Below are positions 1-10,236 of a DNA stretch of 64,000 bases, in pieces (the stretch's first letter is position 1; every line of letters begins with the position of its first letter). Position numbers and translations under genes: made by a program. Location: the IMG/VR virus record IMGVR_UViG_3300014627_000002, positions 13,618-77,617 of that record. One strand, given 5' to 3'. The notes under the pieces were generated by a model. That model was not told the origin of the DNA and made no database searches. It saw only the letters and a list, made by a program, of their open reading frames with translations. The DNA is from a virus.

Positions 1-2
1 TG

Positions 3-1367
3 TCACAAGATGATCTTGCTGGACTGACCCACTTAGCAAGCTACCGGCGTAATGACAGTATAGAAAGTGATCATAATATTGTCAACACCATGTTCGATGA
101 TGCGAACGCTGATGATGCCGAAGTGCTCAATATGTTCATCATTGCCGAAGGTCAGGTTGCTGAACCGGAAGATGTGCCTGAACCTGCACAGGTGCCAGAG
201 GGCTTTAATCTGGTTAATCCTTCAGATGGTTACTGGCAGCTACGCCGTGAAGGGGTAAACCGCTTTGTAGTCATTATGGGGGACAAGAACGGCTATCAGG
301 CCCAAAGCCAGAGCGCGTCTTCAACCATTGTTAAAAGCTTGGATTCAGCAATTGCTTGGGGCGTTACCTTGTTAAACGACCTTCATCAAGACCTTATGGC
401 CAAGAATGAGCAAGAACAGGATCTTATTAATAACTGGCGTGATCAAATTCCTGCAAATCTTGATAAAGAGCTATTTTTAAAGGCTTTTGATATGGTGAAG
501 GACCATACCGTTAAACATGAATGGAACTGGAATGATGCCACGATCTTTAATTTCTTGGTTAAATCCTTCGAGCGTTTTGAACAGGCTCATGCATCTGTCG
601 GTTTTTTCTTTCAGCTATCAAATGAAATTCTAAATAACGGGGTTAATGAGCTAAGCCGCAAGCTATACGCCTTATATACCAATGGTGATGTGGTATTAGC
701 TGGCCAAAGCCAAAAAGCAGGTAAAGAACGCATGCAGGAATATGCAAAAACCGTCTTTACTCAAGATCAGCTTGATCAGTATGAAGCGGATAAGATTCAA
801 GCTGAAAAAGATGAAATCGAAGCAAAAAAAGCAGCTTTAGAACAGGAATTGCGGGAGTCAGTTAAAGTTATCTGGATGAGTATACCGGCAGGTGATCGGG
901 GGATGATGCAAGGCTGGCTTAACAGTGGTTATGACATGGTTCGGGTGAAAAAGGGCGCAACCTATCGTTATCAATTTACCAATCCAGACGGCAGCGCCTA
1001 CCGGGTCCAAAATCATCCATCTTATAAAAAAGCTGAACAGGCCGCCAAAGCCGCCGATGCTACCTATGGTTCATTGCGTAAAGCCCTGACTGAATTAGGC
1101 ATTATTGAGCTGCCTAAAGCTACTGAGCCAGTAAAAGACCCTATTGAAAAGGAAACTAATGCCAATACAGAAACTTCAAATCCAGAAAATGAAAGCCTGG
1201 CATTCCTTAATTCAGTTATTGCCGGTGAAGTCGATTTAAGTGCTGATTCAATTGGTGAACGTCTGGAAAGTATGGCTGAGAATCTGGACCCATCCTTAGA
1301 ACAATTATTTGAGCAAGCTGCTGATGCCTACGCTCAATTTGCAATTAAAAACGCTCAAAGCGTATAA
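3..1367 (+). CDS. hypothetical protein, probably 5'-truncated by the window edge (member of the virion/polyvalent protein module)
   Basis: The frame of the listed 90..1367 ORF stays open back to nt 3 with no stop. No Shine-Dalgarno precedes the ATG at 90. Composition is acidic and coiled-coil-like, with no catalytic motif recognised. Confidence 0.5.
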   Translation, partial: SQDDLAGLTHLASYRRNDSIESDHNIVNTMFDDANADDAEVLNMFIIAEGQVAEPEDVPEPAQVPEGFNLVNPSDGYWQLRREGVNRFVVIMGDKNGYQAQSQSASSTIVKSLDSAIAWGVTLLNDLHQDLMAKNEQEQDLINNWRDQIPANLDKELFLKAFDMVKDHTVKHEWNWNDATIFNFLVKSFERFEQAHASVGFFFQLSNEILNNGVNELSRKLYALYTNGDVVLAGQSQKAGKERMQEYAKTVFTQDQLDQYEADKIQAEKDEIEAKKAALEQELRESVKVIWMSIPAGDRGMMQGWLNSGYDMVRVKKGATYRYQFTNPDGSAYRVQNHPSYKKAEQAAKAADATYGSLRKALTELGIIELPKATEPVKDPIEKETNANTETSNPENESLAFLNSVIAGEVDLSADSIGERLESMAENLDPSLEQLFEQAADAYAQFAIKNAQSV

Positions 1368-1376
1368 GGTGACGTC

Positions 1377-2684
1377 ATGCTAACAGCAGTACAAAAGATT
1401 AAATTATCGCGTGAGAGCGTTAGCTTGGTGGCTCAATTAGCTGAGCTAAAGGGCATGGCCAAGATTAAAGCAGCTCGCCGCTTAAATGAAATTACTGTAT
1501 TGCTTGGGGGCGGCCAAAAGGCCGACCCATTAACCAAGCAAGGCGCTGATGAATTTCATGAAAATCTGAAAACGGCGATTGGTCAAGATTCAGGGGTGGA
1601 CCTCACGCCATTTGAACGGATTGTTCAGAACAATGAAATCACGATTGAAACACTGACAGGTGCAGTGGCATCAACTAAAGCGCTATTAAATAGCGTAAGT
1701 ACACCGCCTATTTTTTTGGAAGCTGTAAAAACGGTTACAGCCAAGCTAGAAACGGGTGAGCTCTATGACAGTTTAGGCCATGCCGCTGTTAGCTTGGCCA
1801 ATGACATTAATAGCATTATTCAGATGCATGATGTGCTTGCTCAAACGGCCGCAACCAGTGAGTTAAATACAGGGGTAGAACCGACTCAAGAGCAGCTGGA
1901 AGCAAATCAATATCAAGTCGCTCATATCAAGATTGCAGGCATGGATATAGCTATTGAAAATCCAGCCGGAAGTATCCGCCGTGGCGTAGATCAGGATGGC
2001 CATGCTTGGGAAACTACTATGTCAGCCCATTACGGATATTTTGAGAATACTATGGGTGCCGATGGGGATGAACTTGATGTGTTTGTCGTACCAGGTATAG
2101 ATGCAGATTATGATGGCCGTGTATTTGTGGTCCATCAAATTGACAGTAAGGGCAATTTTGATGAGCACAAGATTATCTTGGGTGTAACATCAAAAGCTAC
2201 AGCGCTGGCACTTTACCAGGCGCATTATGATGAACATTTTAATAGTGTCGGCAGTATTCATGAATATAGCCTTGAAGATTTTAAGGCCAAGCTTCAGCAG
2301 CCTACTGCACTATTTGACTCATTGCGGCCAATGTTGCTTGATTCATGGGTGAACGATGGCCGTTTTGACCTGTTGCCCATTAAAAAACTGGACCTGAATG
2401 GCCTAGATGATGGGGCTAAAGAGCCAAAGCCTTCAATTAAAGAGCCTATTGTAGTTTTACTGCACGGTAGCAAGTATCTGGTAATTCATGGCCGAAAACG
2501 TATGGAACTGGCTTTTAAAAATTCTGAGTCATTTATCCCGGCTATTGTGTTTGCTCAAGATCAGGGTTACACCAGAGCTGACGTGCAAAAGGCGATGAAA
2601 CAATGTGGCAATGTGGTGCATGCTGAAGCGCTGGCGGCATTGATTGAACATAATGCTGCCAAAAGACTAGAAGCCGCCATATAA
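1377..2684 (+). CDS. polyvalent-type protein with inorganic-pyrophosphatase-like and ParB/Srx-like domains
   Basis: SD AAGGTGA lies upstream. Residues ~185-300 fit the family-I pyrophosphatase pattern (YGYFENT, exact D-G-D-E-L-D-V signature at nt 2061-2081, DEHKIILGV). Residues ~355-395 (PIVVLLHGSKYLVIHGRKRMELAF..IPAIVF) fit a ParB N-terminal-type domain. Confidence 0.75.
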   Translation: MLTAVQKIKLSRESVSLVAQLAELKGMAKIKAARRLNEITVLLGGGQKADPLTKQGADEFHENLKTAIGQDSGVDLTPFERIVQNNEITIETLTGAVASTKALLNSVSTPPIFLEAVKTVTAKLETGELYDSLGHAAVSLANDINSIIQMHDVLAQTAATSELNTGVEPTQEQLEANQYQVAHIKIAGMDIAIENPAGSIRRGVDQDGHAWETTMSAHYGYFENTMGADGDELDVFVVPGIDADYDGRVFVVHQIDSKGNFDEHKIILGVTSKATALALYQAHYDEHFNSVGSIHEYSLEDFKAKLQQPTALFDSLRPMLLDSWVNDGRFDLLPIKKLDLNGLDDGAKEPKPSIKEPIVVLLHGSKYLVIHGRKRMELAFKNSESFIPAIVFAQDQGYTRADVQKAMKQCGNVVHAEALAALIEHNAAKRLEAAI

Positions 2685-2688
2685 ACAT

Positions 2689-2715
2689 AAAGCCCGCGAA
2701 ATGCGGGCTTTTTTA
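2689..2715. terminator. bidirectional rho-independent terminator
   Basis: AGCCCGC-GAAAT-GCGGGCT stem-loop followed by a T-run and preceded by A-rich sequence. It sits between convergent genes. Confidence 0.75.
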
Positions 2716-2729
2716 TAACTAAAAACTAC

Positions 2730-3044
2730 TCATGCTGGGCGGGTTATAAGATTGTAAGTAGAAAGGTAACTCATATTGGTGTACCCGTTTTTGATGAACA
2801 TATCTTCATGCTTATCGATGAAATACTGTCTTGCCTGAAGGCGTTTTAGCTCGATACTAATATGATTGCGGCTAGATTGTCTTAACTGCTCATCTTGTAA
2901 TTTTGTCTGCAGGTCTTTGATCAGGTTTTTATGATGAGCTCTTATTTTCTCAATAAATGCTTCTCTACTTTCTGGTGTATTAGAACAAACGAGATCCAAG
3001 ATTACCTCATTGCAGATCGTAAAAAATAGTTTTACCTGGTTCAT
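2730..3044 (-). CDS. hypothetical protein (isolated leftward gene, moron-like)
   Basis: 104-aa ORF opposite to the flanking rightward operons. The terminator lies at its 3' end and a GAAC-box array lies upstream of its start. Confidence 0.55.
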   Translation of the reverse strand: MNQVKLFFTICNEVILDLVCSNTPESREAFIEKIRAHHKNLIKDLQTKLQDEQLRQSSRNHISIELKRLQARQYFIDKHEDMFIKNGYTNMSYLSTYNLITRPA

Positions 3045-3082
3045 TTTATTTTCCTGTTATGTCATGCCAATAAATATACAAG

Positions 3083-3120
3083 CAAATGAACAAATGAACA
3101 ATAGAACAAATGAACATTTA
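3083..3120 (+). promoter_or_regulatory. 8-bp-phased GAAC-box array, site A
   Basis: CAAATGAACAAATGAACAATAGAACAAATGAACATTTA contains four AACAnnnG units in 8-bp register. It lies between divergent starts at 3044 (-) and 3204 (+). Confidence 0.6.
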
Positions 3121-3130
3121 TAAAAAAGTT

Positions 3131-3171
3131 TAGGAATATGGAAAAAACTGGAAATTTCTACTTCATAAAAT
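3131..3171 (+). promoter_or_regulatory. late-type promoter candidate (AGGAATA family)
   Basis: TAGGAATATGGAAAAAACTGG, then TAAAAT at motif positions 36-41. It lies 33 nt upstream of the 2117-aa gene. Confidence 0.55.
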
Positions 3172-3203
3172 GGGGGTGGTTCAACCATAAAACAGAGTAG
3201 GCT

Positions 3204-6200
3204 ATGCCATTCAACAATACTGCCCGTGCGGGTTTGCAAGTTTTTTCAGATGCTTTATCAGCACTGAAAAACAAAGTTTCCCCATCTCATGCACCAACTG
3301 GTGTATATGAATTTCAAGATGAGAAAATTACGCCAACCAAGCGCCAGAAGGCAAACAATGCGGCCGTAAGTCTGTTACGGCAATTACAGAATGAATCGGG
3401 GTTAAAGGCGACAGCTGAACAGAAGGTCACTTTATCGCGGTACACCGGTAAAGGGGGAAATTTAGAAGTAGAAGGGGTAAAGGGGAGCCAATATGAATAC
3501 TACACACCGGTCCCTTTAGCTAATGCACTGTGGGACCTCTTAAAAGAACATGGCTTTGACGGCGGCGCCGTACTCGATCCTTGCGCGGGGACTGGTATTT
3601 TTGCAGCTGGCCGACCTGAATCAGTGGTGATGCAGTCCGTAGAGCTTAATGATGTTTCTGGCGGTATTAATGCGTTGGTAAATGACCAGGCAAATCACAA
3701 TGTCATTGTAAGCCCTTTTGAGAAAATCGCTTCTCAGACGCAAGACAATGTTTATGATGCTGTTATTACTAATGTGCCGTTCGGTTCACGTGGAGATCGG
3801 GGCGATAATGCCCGCCATGATATTTATTCAGATGATGATTTAGACTCATACTTTGTTAAACGGTCAATTGACAAATTAAAGCACGGTAAACTGGCCGTAT
3901 TTATTGCTCACCCAAAATTACTTACGGGTGCCGGTCATAAGAAGTTCCGTCAATATATTTCTCTACGTGCTGAACTGGTGGGAGCATACCGCCTGCCTAA
4001 CAAGGTATTCCAAGCTACAGGCGCAGATGTAGTAACTGATGTTCTGGTATTTCGCAAACATACTGAAGAACTGACACAGAAAATTGAAAACCTATATGAC
4101 AATGGTTCACTTCAAGTACTTCAAGATTCCCGCATTCTGGATGCCGATATAATTGACGGTCGATATTACAAGGCTGAAGGTCAAAAAAACGTACTTGGCC
4201 AAAGTACGATAGTCAAACATGCAAAATTTAAAACAGATGTAGAAGCTGTTTTAAGTGATGAAAGCCTGCCGAATATCTTAAAACTGATTCGCCGTTTTCC
4301 AGACAGCCGTATTAATTATGGGATGCTGGAATTAACAGAAATGAAGCCAGTTTTACCGATACAAGAAGGTGATATTCGTGTCATCGGCGGCACTACATTT
4401 GAATATCAGGATGGTAAATGGATTAGCACAGGCCAGACAGCCACTTATAGTAATGCTGAAAGCTTTAGTAAGGCCCTCACAGCTTTTATGTCAGGCATGA
4501 CTTATGTTGATCTGATGGCTTATCAGAGTCATTGTGTGGCATCACATTACAAGTTATCTGCATGGGCTGGCCAGTTAATTGATGTAGTACAAAGCACAGG
4601 TGTAGAAACTTATGCACACTGGCTGGTCCAGTTTGCACTGTATGAAGCTTTACAGGCCGAAGCCTATAACAGCTATGCTCAGAACTATCCTAAGCTTACA
4701 AGTGCTTTAAAGGGCATCGCGGGGCAAGTTGGTAAAAAACCATATAAACATGCTTCAGTTAAGACCCTGGTAACGTTTAACAGTAAGGCTTTCGATAAAA
4801 ATTCAGCTGATGGCCTGTCAGCCTATTGGTATGGCAGCACTATTGAAATTGCACAGGCACTAGATGCCAAAGGCGCTTATGAAAATGCAATTTATATGGG
4901 TCGTGCTAAAGACTTTATGGTATCCGTTGATGAAATCCGGCAGACCGATCCTAATTTTGACCCATTGGCTAATGAAGATTATGCAATTTCAGGGGACGGT
5001 CAGTATGTCACGTTAAATCGGGACTATTACACGGGCAATCACGGCGAATTTTTACAGCAGATTGATGCACAGATTGAAGCCGCAACAGATCCTAAAATAC
5101 GTGCAAAACTGGTCCAGCAACGTAAAAAATCATTTGAGCATGTTGATTATGTCGATGTGGCCAATATTAATTTAGGTTTACGTGCTACCAACATTGATAT
5201 ACAGGTCAAAAGTGATTTTCTAAGCCTGTATGGTGGGGATGCAGTGACAGTCGATGAAGACGGTCGCATTCGCTTAAAAGACAAGCAAGAGCCATTAGAT
5301 CGCATTATCCGCATTATGAAGCGGGACGGGGTGCAAGGTGCTCAACATCGTTGGGTTCAAACGTTCTTCTTAAACCGTATCTTGGATTCAGTTAATAACA
5401 ATGTCCGCCTAACATTGAAGGCGAATAAGGATGAAGTATCTAAGCAGGATCATGACCTGGTATTTAAGGCTTTTTTAGAATATGCAAATGAGCTAGATGC
5501 AACCTTTAGTGCTTATCTAAAAGCCAATATCGGGTTTATGGAAGACCTAGATGCAAAAGTAAATGACCCAATGCATAAAGAAATGCAGAGTGAGCTAGAT
5601 ACTTCACCAGTAGAGGTCAAAGGCTTTGCACCTAAGTTTGCAACATTTAAAGCGATGCAGACTTATCAAAATGCAGAAGTACGCCGTTTAAGTCGCCGTT
5701 TTGAAGGAATTACCGGCTTTGATGTAGGTTTGGGTAAGACACTCACTTCAATTGCAGCTGCACAAAACCTGCATAATATTGGCGTTAAAAAGCGTACCTT
5801 GTTTGTGGTTCCATCACATACGATTTCTAAATGGTATCGTGATATGCAAATGTCGTTAGATGATTACAGTGATGTATTAGTCATCGGCTTAAAGGGCAAT
5901 ACACTAAGTTCGGTCAATAGTAGCCATTACGGTGCTGACTTAAACCTATTGCTTAGTGAACCCTATCGCAAGATCCTGATTACTAGTGATGCTTTCACTA
6001 TGATTCCGCTACGTGACCGCACCATTGAAAAATATTATGAAAGTAAAAAGGCAAAAATCGATTTTTCAAAAGATAAAGACCGAGAAAAATGGAACGCATT
6101 TATTGGCAAGAAAAAAGAACCACTTCAAAAAGATGTAGGCCGCCTACCATTTTTTGAGGACCTGAATATTGATAGCATCATTTTTGATGAAGCGCAGATG

Positions 6201-9200
6201 TTTAAAAATGGCGATGCCAGTGAAGGTTTTGGAAATTTCCAGTCTATTAAGGGCCTTTCATTATTAGCAGAAGCACAGTTATCGGACCGGGCAATTTCGG
6301 CCAAAATCAAGTCTGAATATGTTCGGGGTACTAACCCGCTTAAAGATGGTGTTGTATTGCTAAGTGCTACACCTGTAACCAATAGCCCGTCAGAAATTCT
6401 AACCATGCTGTCACTGGCCATAGGTGAGAAGAAAGCTAAAAATATGCTCGGTGGGGCTGCCATTGATTCTGTAGATGACTTTTTAAGTACTTTTGCTCAT
6501 ACCGAGTCAATTAGTGGGGTGGACCTGCTGGGTGCCGAACGTGCAGATGAAACCTTTACCGGATTTAAGAATGTCGAATTGCTTAAAAACGTTTTGCATA
6601 GTGTTGGAAACATTCAGACAGCGCGGGAAAATGATTTAAAAATTCCGGCTCAAGAAGATGTTAAAACAAATGTCAGTTTAGGTAGTGAAGACCGCCAGAC
6701 GCTTGCTGATCTGAAACGTGCATACAACATTGCCCGTCAAATGGGTAAAGGTGGGCCAGTCCTGGCAGATGAAGACGATATTAAGTTTTTGCATGAAATG
6801 ATGGGGAAACTTGGCGAATCTGAAACTTTGATCGGGCATCCATTTAACCTGATTACCAAAATGCAAGATTTGATCTTGATGGGAAGTGAGTCAGTACTTT
6901 CCCGAGCGATGTATGTCAATTACCTGCCTGAAGATCAAGAAAAGGCTCAAAAGGTTATTGATGACTTTAACAAAAAGCCAGTGAAGGTAACGTCTACTCG
7001 ATCCTTTCCATTGGTTGATAAAGCAGATGTAAAAATCAAAAAACGGGGAAAAACCATAGGTGATGCAGATGAACTTGAGATTACCGTTCGTGCTTTCCTT
7101 GATGAAGAAAATAACCGCATTGGCTTGACTGCAAACGATACAAAGGCAATTGCAGGACTAATGACCCTGGCAGATAAGGCTAAATTAGCCCTTAAACCTA
7201 AGCTGTCATCTAAAATGCAGGCACTTATTGATAATGTAAAAACAGAAATGGCTACGCCTAAACATAATGGTCACGCCAAGCAAATTATTTTCTGTGACAC
7301 ATTGGCCATGCATCACATTATCAAGCAGGCTTTGATTGAATACTGCGGAGTAGAAAAGTCCCGTATTGCAATTTTAAATGCTGCAATCAAGCCAGATGGC
7401 AGTAACGGCGCTGTTAAAAGTGAAGATGTTCAGGATATTCAGGACGGCTTTGCTACTGATAAATACACCATTGTCATTGCTAATAAGAAAGCTGATACCG
7501 GTATTGATCTGCAAAAAGGCACCCAGGCTATTCACCATTTAACAACCGGCTGGACACCTGATAGCTTGCAACAGCGTAATGGCCGTGGTGTACGTCAAGG
7601 TAATGAGCAAGAGCGCGTTAATGTGTATATGTATTCAGCAAATGGCTCATTTGATGAATATAAATTGCATGTGATTAATGGTAAATCAGACTGGATTAAT
7701 CAGTTAATGAATAAGGGAGCTACCGTATCTGGCACGCTGCAGGTATCTAGTGAGCTTACAGATGATGATTATGACCTGATGATTCAGGCAGACAGTGCCG
7801 AAGCCATTGAAGGGCTTTTAAAACAGCGTCAGGAACGCGAGAATCAAGCACGTCATGACCGGGCAGTTAAACATACTGATCTGTTAATCAAAATTGCAAA
7901 AAAAGCAGCGTCACAGGCAGACCGTACAGAGTCTAGTGTTGCTCAGGAAATCATTATTAAGGATTACGAAAAGTACATCACTTTAATGCGCCGTGATGCT
8001 AAGGCAGAGGACGCGGCTGAACGTAACCAGATCCTAGAGCAAAAGCAGGCCATTGTAAGTCAGTATGATAGTTATCTGAAAAATAACAGTGTTGAAAATT
8101 GGGATAGGGGTTTAAAGCGCAAGGCAGAGGAAAAAGGCCAGGCATCACTTTGGTTGTCTTCATTACATCATTCTGGTTTTGAAGTCGCTGCAACAGAGTT
8201 CAGTAAATTAGATGAGCAAGTTTTAAATTCTGATACCTCACTTTCAAGCCGTGCAAAAGCTAGTTTTCAGTCATTAAAACGTATGGCAGACAGTACACGT
8301 GAACAGCTTTTAAAATATGCAGACAGTCCATTTACTGATGAAGAACGGGCCATGTTACTTGATGGTACCGCCGTTCTTGATGAGAACCAGCAAATCTTAA
8401 AGCATGGTGATCTTTTAAAGGCAGAAGGAAGTAACGGCGCTATATACGGTATGCGTGTTATTGCTGAATCTCAAGACTACTATACTTTCACTGAAAGCTT
8501 TGTCCGTAATAGACAACCAATTGAACCGCATGAGCGTGATGCAGCAATTCAAAGCTTTATTGCTTATGAAACACAGTTGCTAAAAAAGAATGAGGTGTTC
8601 AGTTACGGTAGTTTAAATAGCGAAACATTAAACTCAAATAAACGCTTTAGCCGGGTTTATCCAGAGATCCAGACAGCAGTTGAAGAACAGTTGAAGGCAG
8701 AGCATGATAACTGGATTCACCAGAGTAGCGTATACAACAGTCCAGGACTCCAATTGAAGTCCAACCATGCTCTACACTGGCCAGAAATTACCTTTCCTCA
8801 ATTCTTTAAAAATAACTTGCAGCTGGCGACTGTTTTTAATGCGCCATTTTCAGGAATCATTGAAAGTATTGAACTCGGTGATGCAATTGCTCGAGTCAAA
8901 ATTCCTAACACTAAAGCGGACTTGGTGCAGCGTAAATATCCGATGAATCTAACTCGCTTGGCTGAGCAAATTTTTTCAGTAGCTGAAACAGAAAAAATTG
9001 CGGTAGATTTACAACATGCTGAATCTATTATCAATAATGAATTTATGTATTACTTTGCAGAGAAAGTAGATAAAGCTTTATCTGCATACTATAAGGGAAG
9101 TTTAAAGCTGCTTTATCCGCATCATACAGTCTTGACTGATGACCAAAAGGTAGAGATTGCAGAATATATTTTAGAACATGCTTTAAATGGCTTAGTAAGT

Positions 9201-9557
9201 TCTTATACACATCTAATGGAATGGGTACAGGAAAAGTCTGCATTTAAAGGAATTCTAAAGCTATATGCATTAGATGATAATGACCCCGAAGTTATTGTAA
9301 AACAGCATGTAAAACTACACGGCGGCATGGGTAAATTTAAGAATATTAAAATTACTGGTGTAGCTTTCTTGGGTACCGGCAGTTTTGGAGCAGCTTTCAA
9401 GTCAACCTATAAAGATGATATGAAGGCGTATGCTGACTCGATCCGTAAGCGTTGTGCTTGGGACAACCGCAATACCCGTTGGGTAGTTGAACCTGAAGTC
9501 ATGGTATGGATGATGAAACAGGACTGGTTTAATATGAATGAAGTAGAATTTTACTAA
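3204..9557 (+). CDS. giant N6-adenine methyltransferase / SNF2-family helicase fusion (P1 DarB-like anti-restriction protein)
   Basis: 2117-aa ORF. The N-terminus has gamma-class MTase motifs (LDPCAGTGIF, then ITNVPFG). Helicase motifs are GFDVGLGKT (~nt 5727), IIFDEAQ (~nt 6184) and QQRNGRGVRQG (~nt 7569). The architecture matches P1 DarB. Confidence 0.85.
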   Translation: MPFNNTARAGLQVFSDALSALKNKVSPSHAPTGVYEFQDEKITPTKRQKANNAAVSLLRQLQNESGLKATAEQKVTLSRYTGKGGNLEVEGVKGSQYEYYTPVPLANALWDLLKEHGFDGGAVLDPCAGTGIFAAGRPESVVMQSVELNDVSGGINALVNDQANHNVIVSPFEKIASQTQDNVYDAVITNVPFGSRGDRGDNARHDIYSDDDLDSYFVKRSIDKLKHGKLAVFIAHPKLLTGAGHKKFRQYISLRAELVGAYRLPNKVFQATGADVVTDVLVFRKHTEELTQKIENLYDNGSLQVLQDSRILDADIIDGRYYKAEGQKNVLGQSTIVKHAKFKTDVEAVLSDESLPNILKLIRRFPDSRINYGMLELTEMKPVLPIQEGDIRVIGGTTFEYQDGKWISTGQTATYSNAESFSKALTAFMSGMTYVDLMAYQSHCVASHYKLSAWAGQLIDVVQSTGVETYAHWLVQFALYEALQAEAYNSYAQNYPKLTSALKGIAGQVGKKPYKHASVKTLVTFNSKAFDKNSADGLSAYWYGSTIEIAQALDAKGAYENAIYMGRAKDFMVSVDEIRQTDPNFDPLANEDYAISGDGQYVTLNRDYYTGNHGEFLQQIDAQIEAATDPKIRAKLVQQRKKSFEHVDYVDVANINLGLRATNIDIQVKSDFLSLYGGDAVTVDEDGRIRLKDKQEPLDRIIRIMKRDGVQGAQHRWVQTFFLNRILDSVNNNVRLTLKANKDEVSKQDHDLVFKAFLEYANELDATFSAYLKANIGFMEDLDAKVNDPMHKEMQSELDTSPVEVKGFAPKFATFKAMQTYQNAEVRRLSRRFEGITGFDVGLGKTLTSIAAAQNLHNIGVKKRTLFVVPSHTISKWYRDMQMSLDDYSDVLVIGLKGNTLSSVNSSHYGADLNLLLSEPYRKILITSDAFTMIPLRDRTIEKYYESKKAKIDFSKDKDREKWNAFIGKKKEPLQKDVGRLPFFEDLNIDSIIFDEAQMFKNGDASEGFGNFQSIKGLSLLAEAQLSDRAISAKIKSEYVRGTNPLKDGVVLLSATPVTNSPSEILTMLSLAIGEKKAKNMLGGAAIDSVDDFLSTFAHTESISGVDLLGAERADETFTGFKNVELLKNVLHSVGNIQTARENDLKIPAQEDVKTNVSLGSEDRQTLADLKRAYNIARQMGKGGPVLADEDDIKFLHEMMGKLGESETLIGHPFNLITKMQDLILMGSESVLSRAMYVNYLPEDQEKAQKVIDDFNKKPVKVTSTRSFPLVDKADVKIKKRGKTIGDADELEITVRAFLDEENNRIGLTANDTKAIAGLMTLADKAKLALKPKLSSKMQALIDNVKTEMATPKHNGHAKQIIFCDTLAMHHIIKQALIEYCGVEKSRIAILNAAIKPDGSNGAVKSEDVQDIQDGFATDKYTIVIANKKADTGIDLQKGTQAIHHLTTGWTPDSLQQRNGRGVRQGNEQERVNVYMYSANGSFDEYKLHVINGKSDWINQLMNKGATVSGTLQVSSELTDDDYDLMIQADSAEAIEGLLKQRQERENQARHDRAVKHTDLLIKIAKKAASQADRTESSVAQEIIIKDYEKYITLMRRDAKAEDAAERNQILEQKQAIVSQYDSYLKNNSVENWDRGLKRKAEEKGQASLWLSSLHHSGFEVAATEFSKLDEQVLNSDTSLSSRAKASFQSLKRMADSTREQLLKYADSPFTDEERAMLLDGTAVLDENQQILKHGDLLKAEGSNGAIYGMRVIAESQDYYTFTESFVRNRQPIEPHERDAAIQSFIAYETQLLKKNEVFSYGSLNSETLNSNKRFSRVYPEIQTAVEEQLKAEHDNWIHQSSVYNSPGLQLKSNHALHWPEITFPQFFKNNLQLATVFNAPFSGIIESIELGDAIARVKIPNTKADLVQRKYPMNLTRLAEQIFSVAETEKIAVDLQHAESIINNEFMYYFAEKVDKALSAYYKGSLKLLYPHHTVLTDDQKVEIAEYILEHALNGLVSSYTHLMEWVQEKSAFKGILKLYALDDNDPEVIVKQHVKLHGGMGKFKNIKITGVAFLGTGSFGAAFKSTYKDDMKAYADSIRKRCAWDNRNTRWVVEPEVMVWMMKQDWFNMNEVEFY

Positions 9558-9569
9558 GGCGGTACTACA

Positions 9570-10010
9570 ATGATTAATAAATTTTTGCCAGATATTGAAG
9601 GCTTAAAAGATATAACCGCTAATGTGCGTAGCACGCTGGCCAGCCGTGGTATTACTGATGAGATCAGCACGGTAGTTGCAAATATGCAAAAAAATGCAGA
9701 GTTGCAGGCAGTAAAGGGAATAGATACCTGGTTAAGCTACGGTGTTTATTTGCCTGCTGTTGAGCGTGTGATTGCACTTAATTCGGGTGAGTCTGAAGAA
9801 GATTTCTTTGCACGTACGCAATATCCCGTCAATGTAGTGGAAGCCTATACAGTAAAAGAAGATAGTCTGGCGACTTTAATAGCCGCTGATCAATACAGTC
9901 AGCTACATAAAAGTACTATGCCAAAAAATACCGCAGTATGGTGCCTAGATGAAGATGGACAGCACTATATTAACTTGCTTGAATATGAAAACCGTATGAA
10001 AGCAATCTAA
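9570..10010 (+). CDS. hypothetical protein
   Basis: 146-aa ORF 12 nt after the DarB-like stop, on the same strand, followed by a terminator. Confidence 0.6.
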   Translation: MINKFLPDIEGLKDITANVRSTLASRGITDEISTVVANMQKNAELQAVKGIDTWLSYGVYLPAVERVIALNSGESEEDFFARTQYPVNVVEAYTVKEDSLATLIAADQYSQLHKSTMPKNTAVWCLDEDGQHYINLLEYENRMKAI

Positions 10011-10025
10011 TATTAATCTCAGGAA

Positions 10026-10050
10026 AGCCCGTATAACACGGGTCTTCTTT
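10026..10050 (+). terminator. rho-independent terminator
   Basis: GCCCGT-ATAACA-CGGGT hairpin followed by CTTCTTTT. Confidence 0.55.
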
Positions 10051-10053
10051 TAG

Positions 10054-10078
10054 GTTTAAATGAACAAATGAACAAATA
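10054..10078 (+). promoter_or_regulatory. 8-bp-phased GAAC-box array, site B
   Basis: GTTTAAATGAACAAATGAACAAATA, immediately after the terminator. Confidence 0.55.
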
Positions 10079-10195
10079 CTCATTCTAAAGACTGATGGTT
10101 AGATTCTAACAATGTATATTAAATCATCAAGGCAGGGATTACGGCCCTAGACCTTTTATAAGCACTATCTAAGCGCTAGCAGAAAAAGGAAAGGT

Positions 10196-10236
10196 CAGGA
10201 ATAGTAAATTTCTGGCTTTTTTTAATATGTTTAAAT
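10196..10236 (+). promoter_or_regulatory. late-type promoter candidate (weaker AGGAATA family member)
   Basis: CAGGAATAGTAAATTTCTGG, then TTAAAT at positions 36-41. It overlaps array site C. Confidence 0.35.

Noticed and set aside
6125-9400. Several 60-112-aa ORFs on the minus strand inside the 2117-aa gene (6125..6463, 6678..6866, 6737..6919, 7999..8193, 8798..9034, 9043..9243, 9203..9400).
   Set aside because: They lie antisense within one long, motif-rich coding frame. They have no ribosome-binding sites or recognisable motifs, so they are treated as shadow ORFs.
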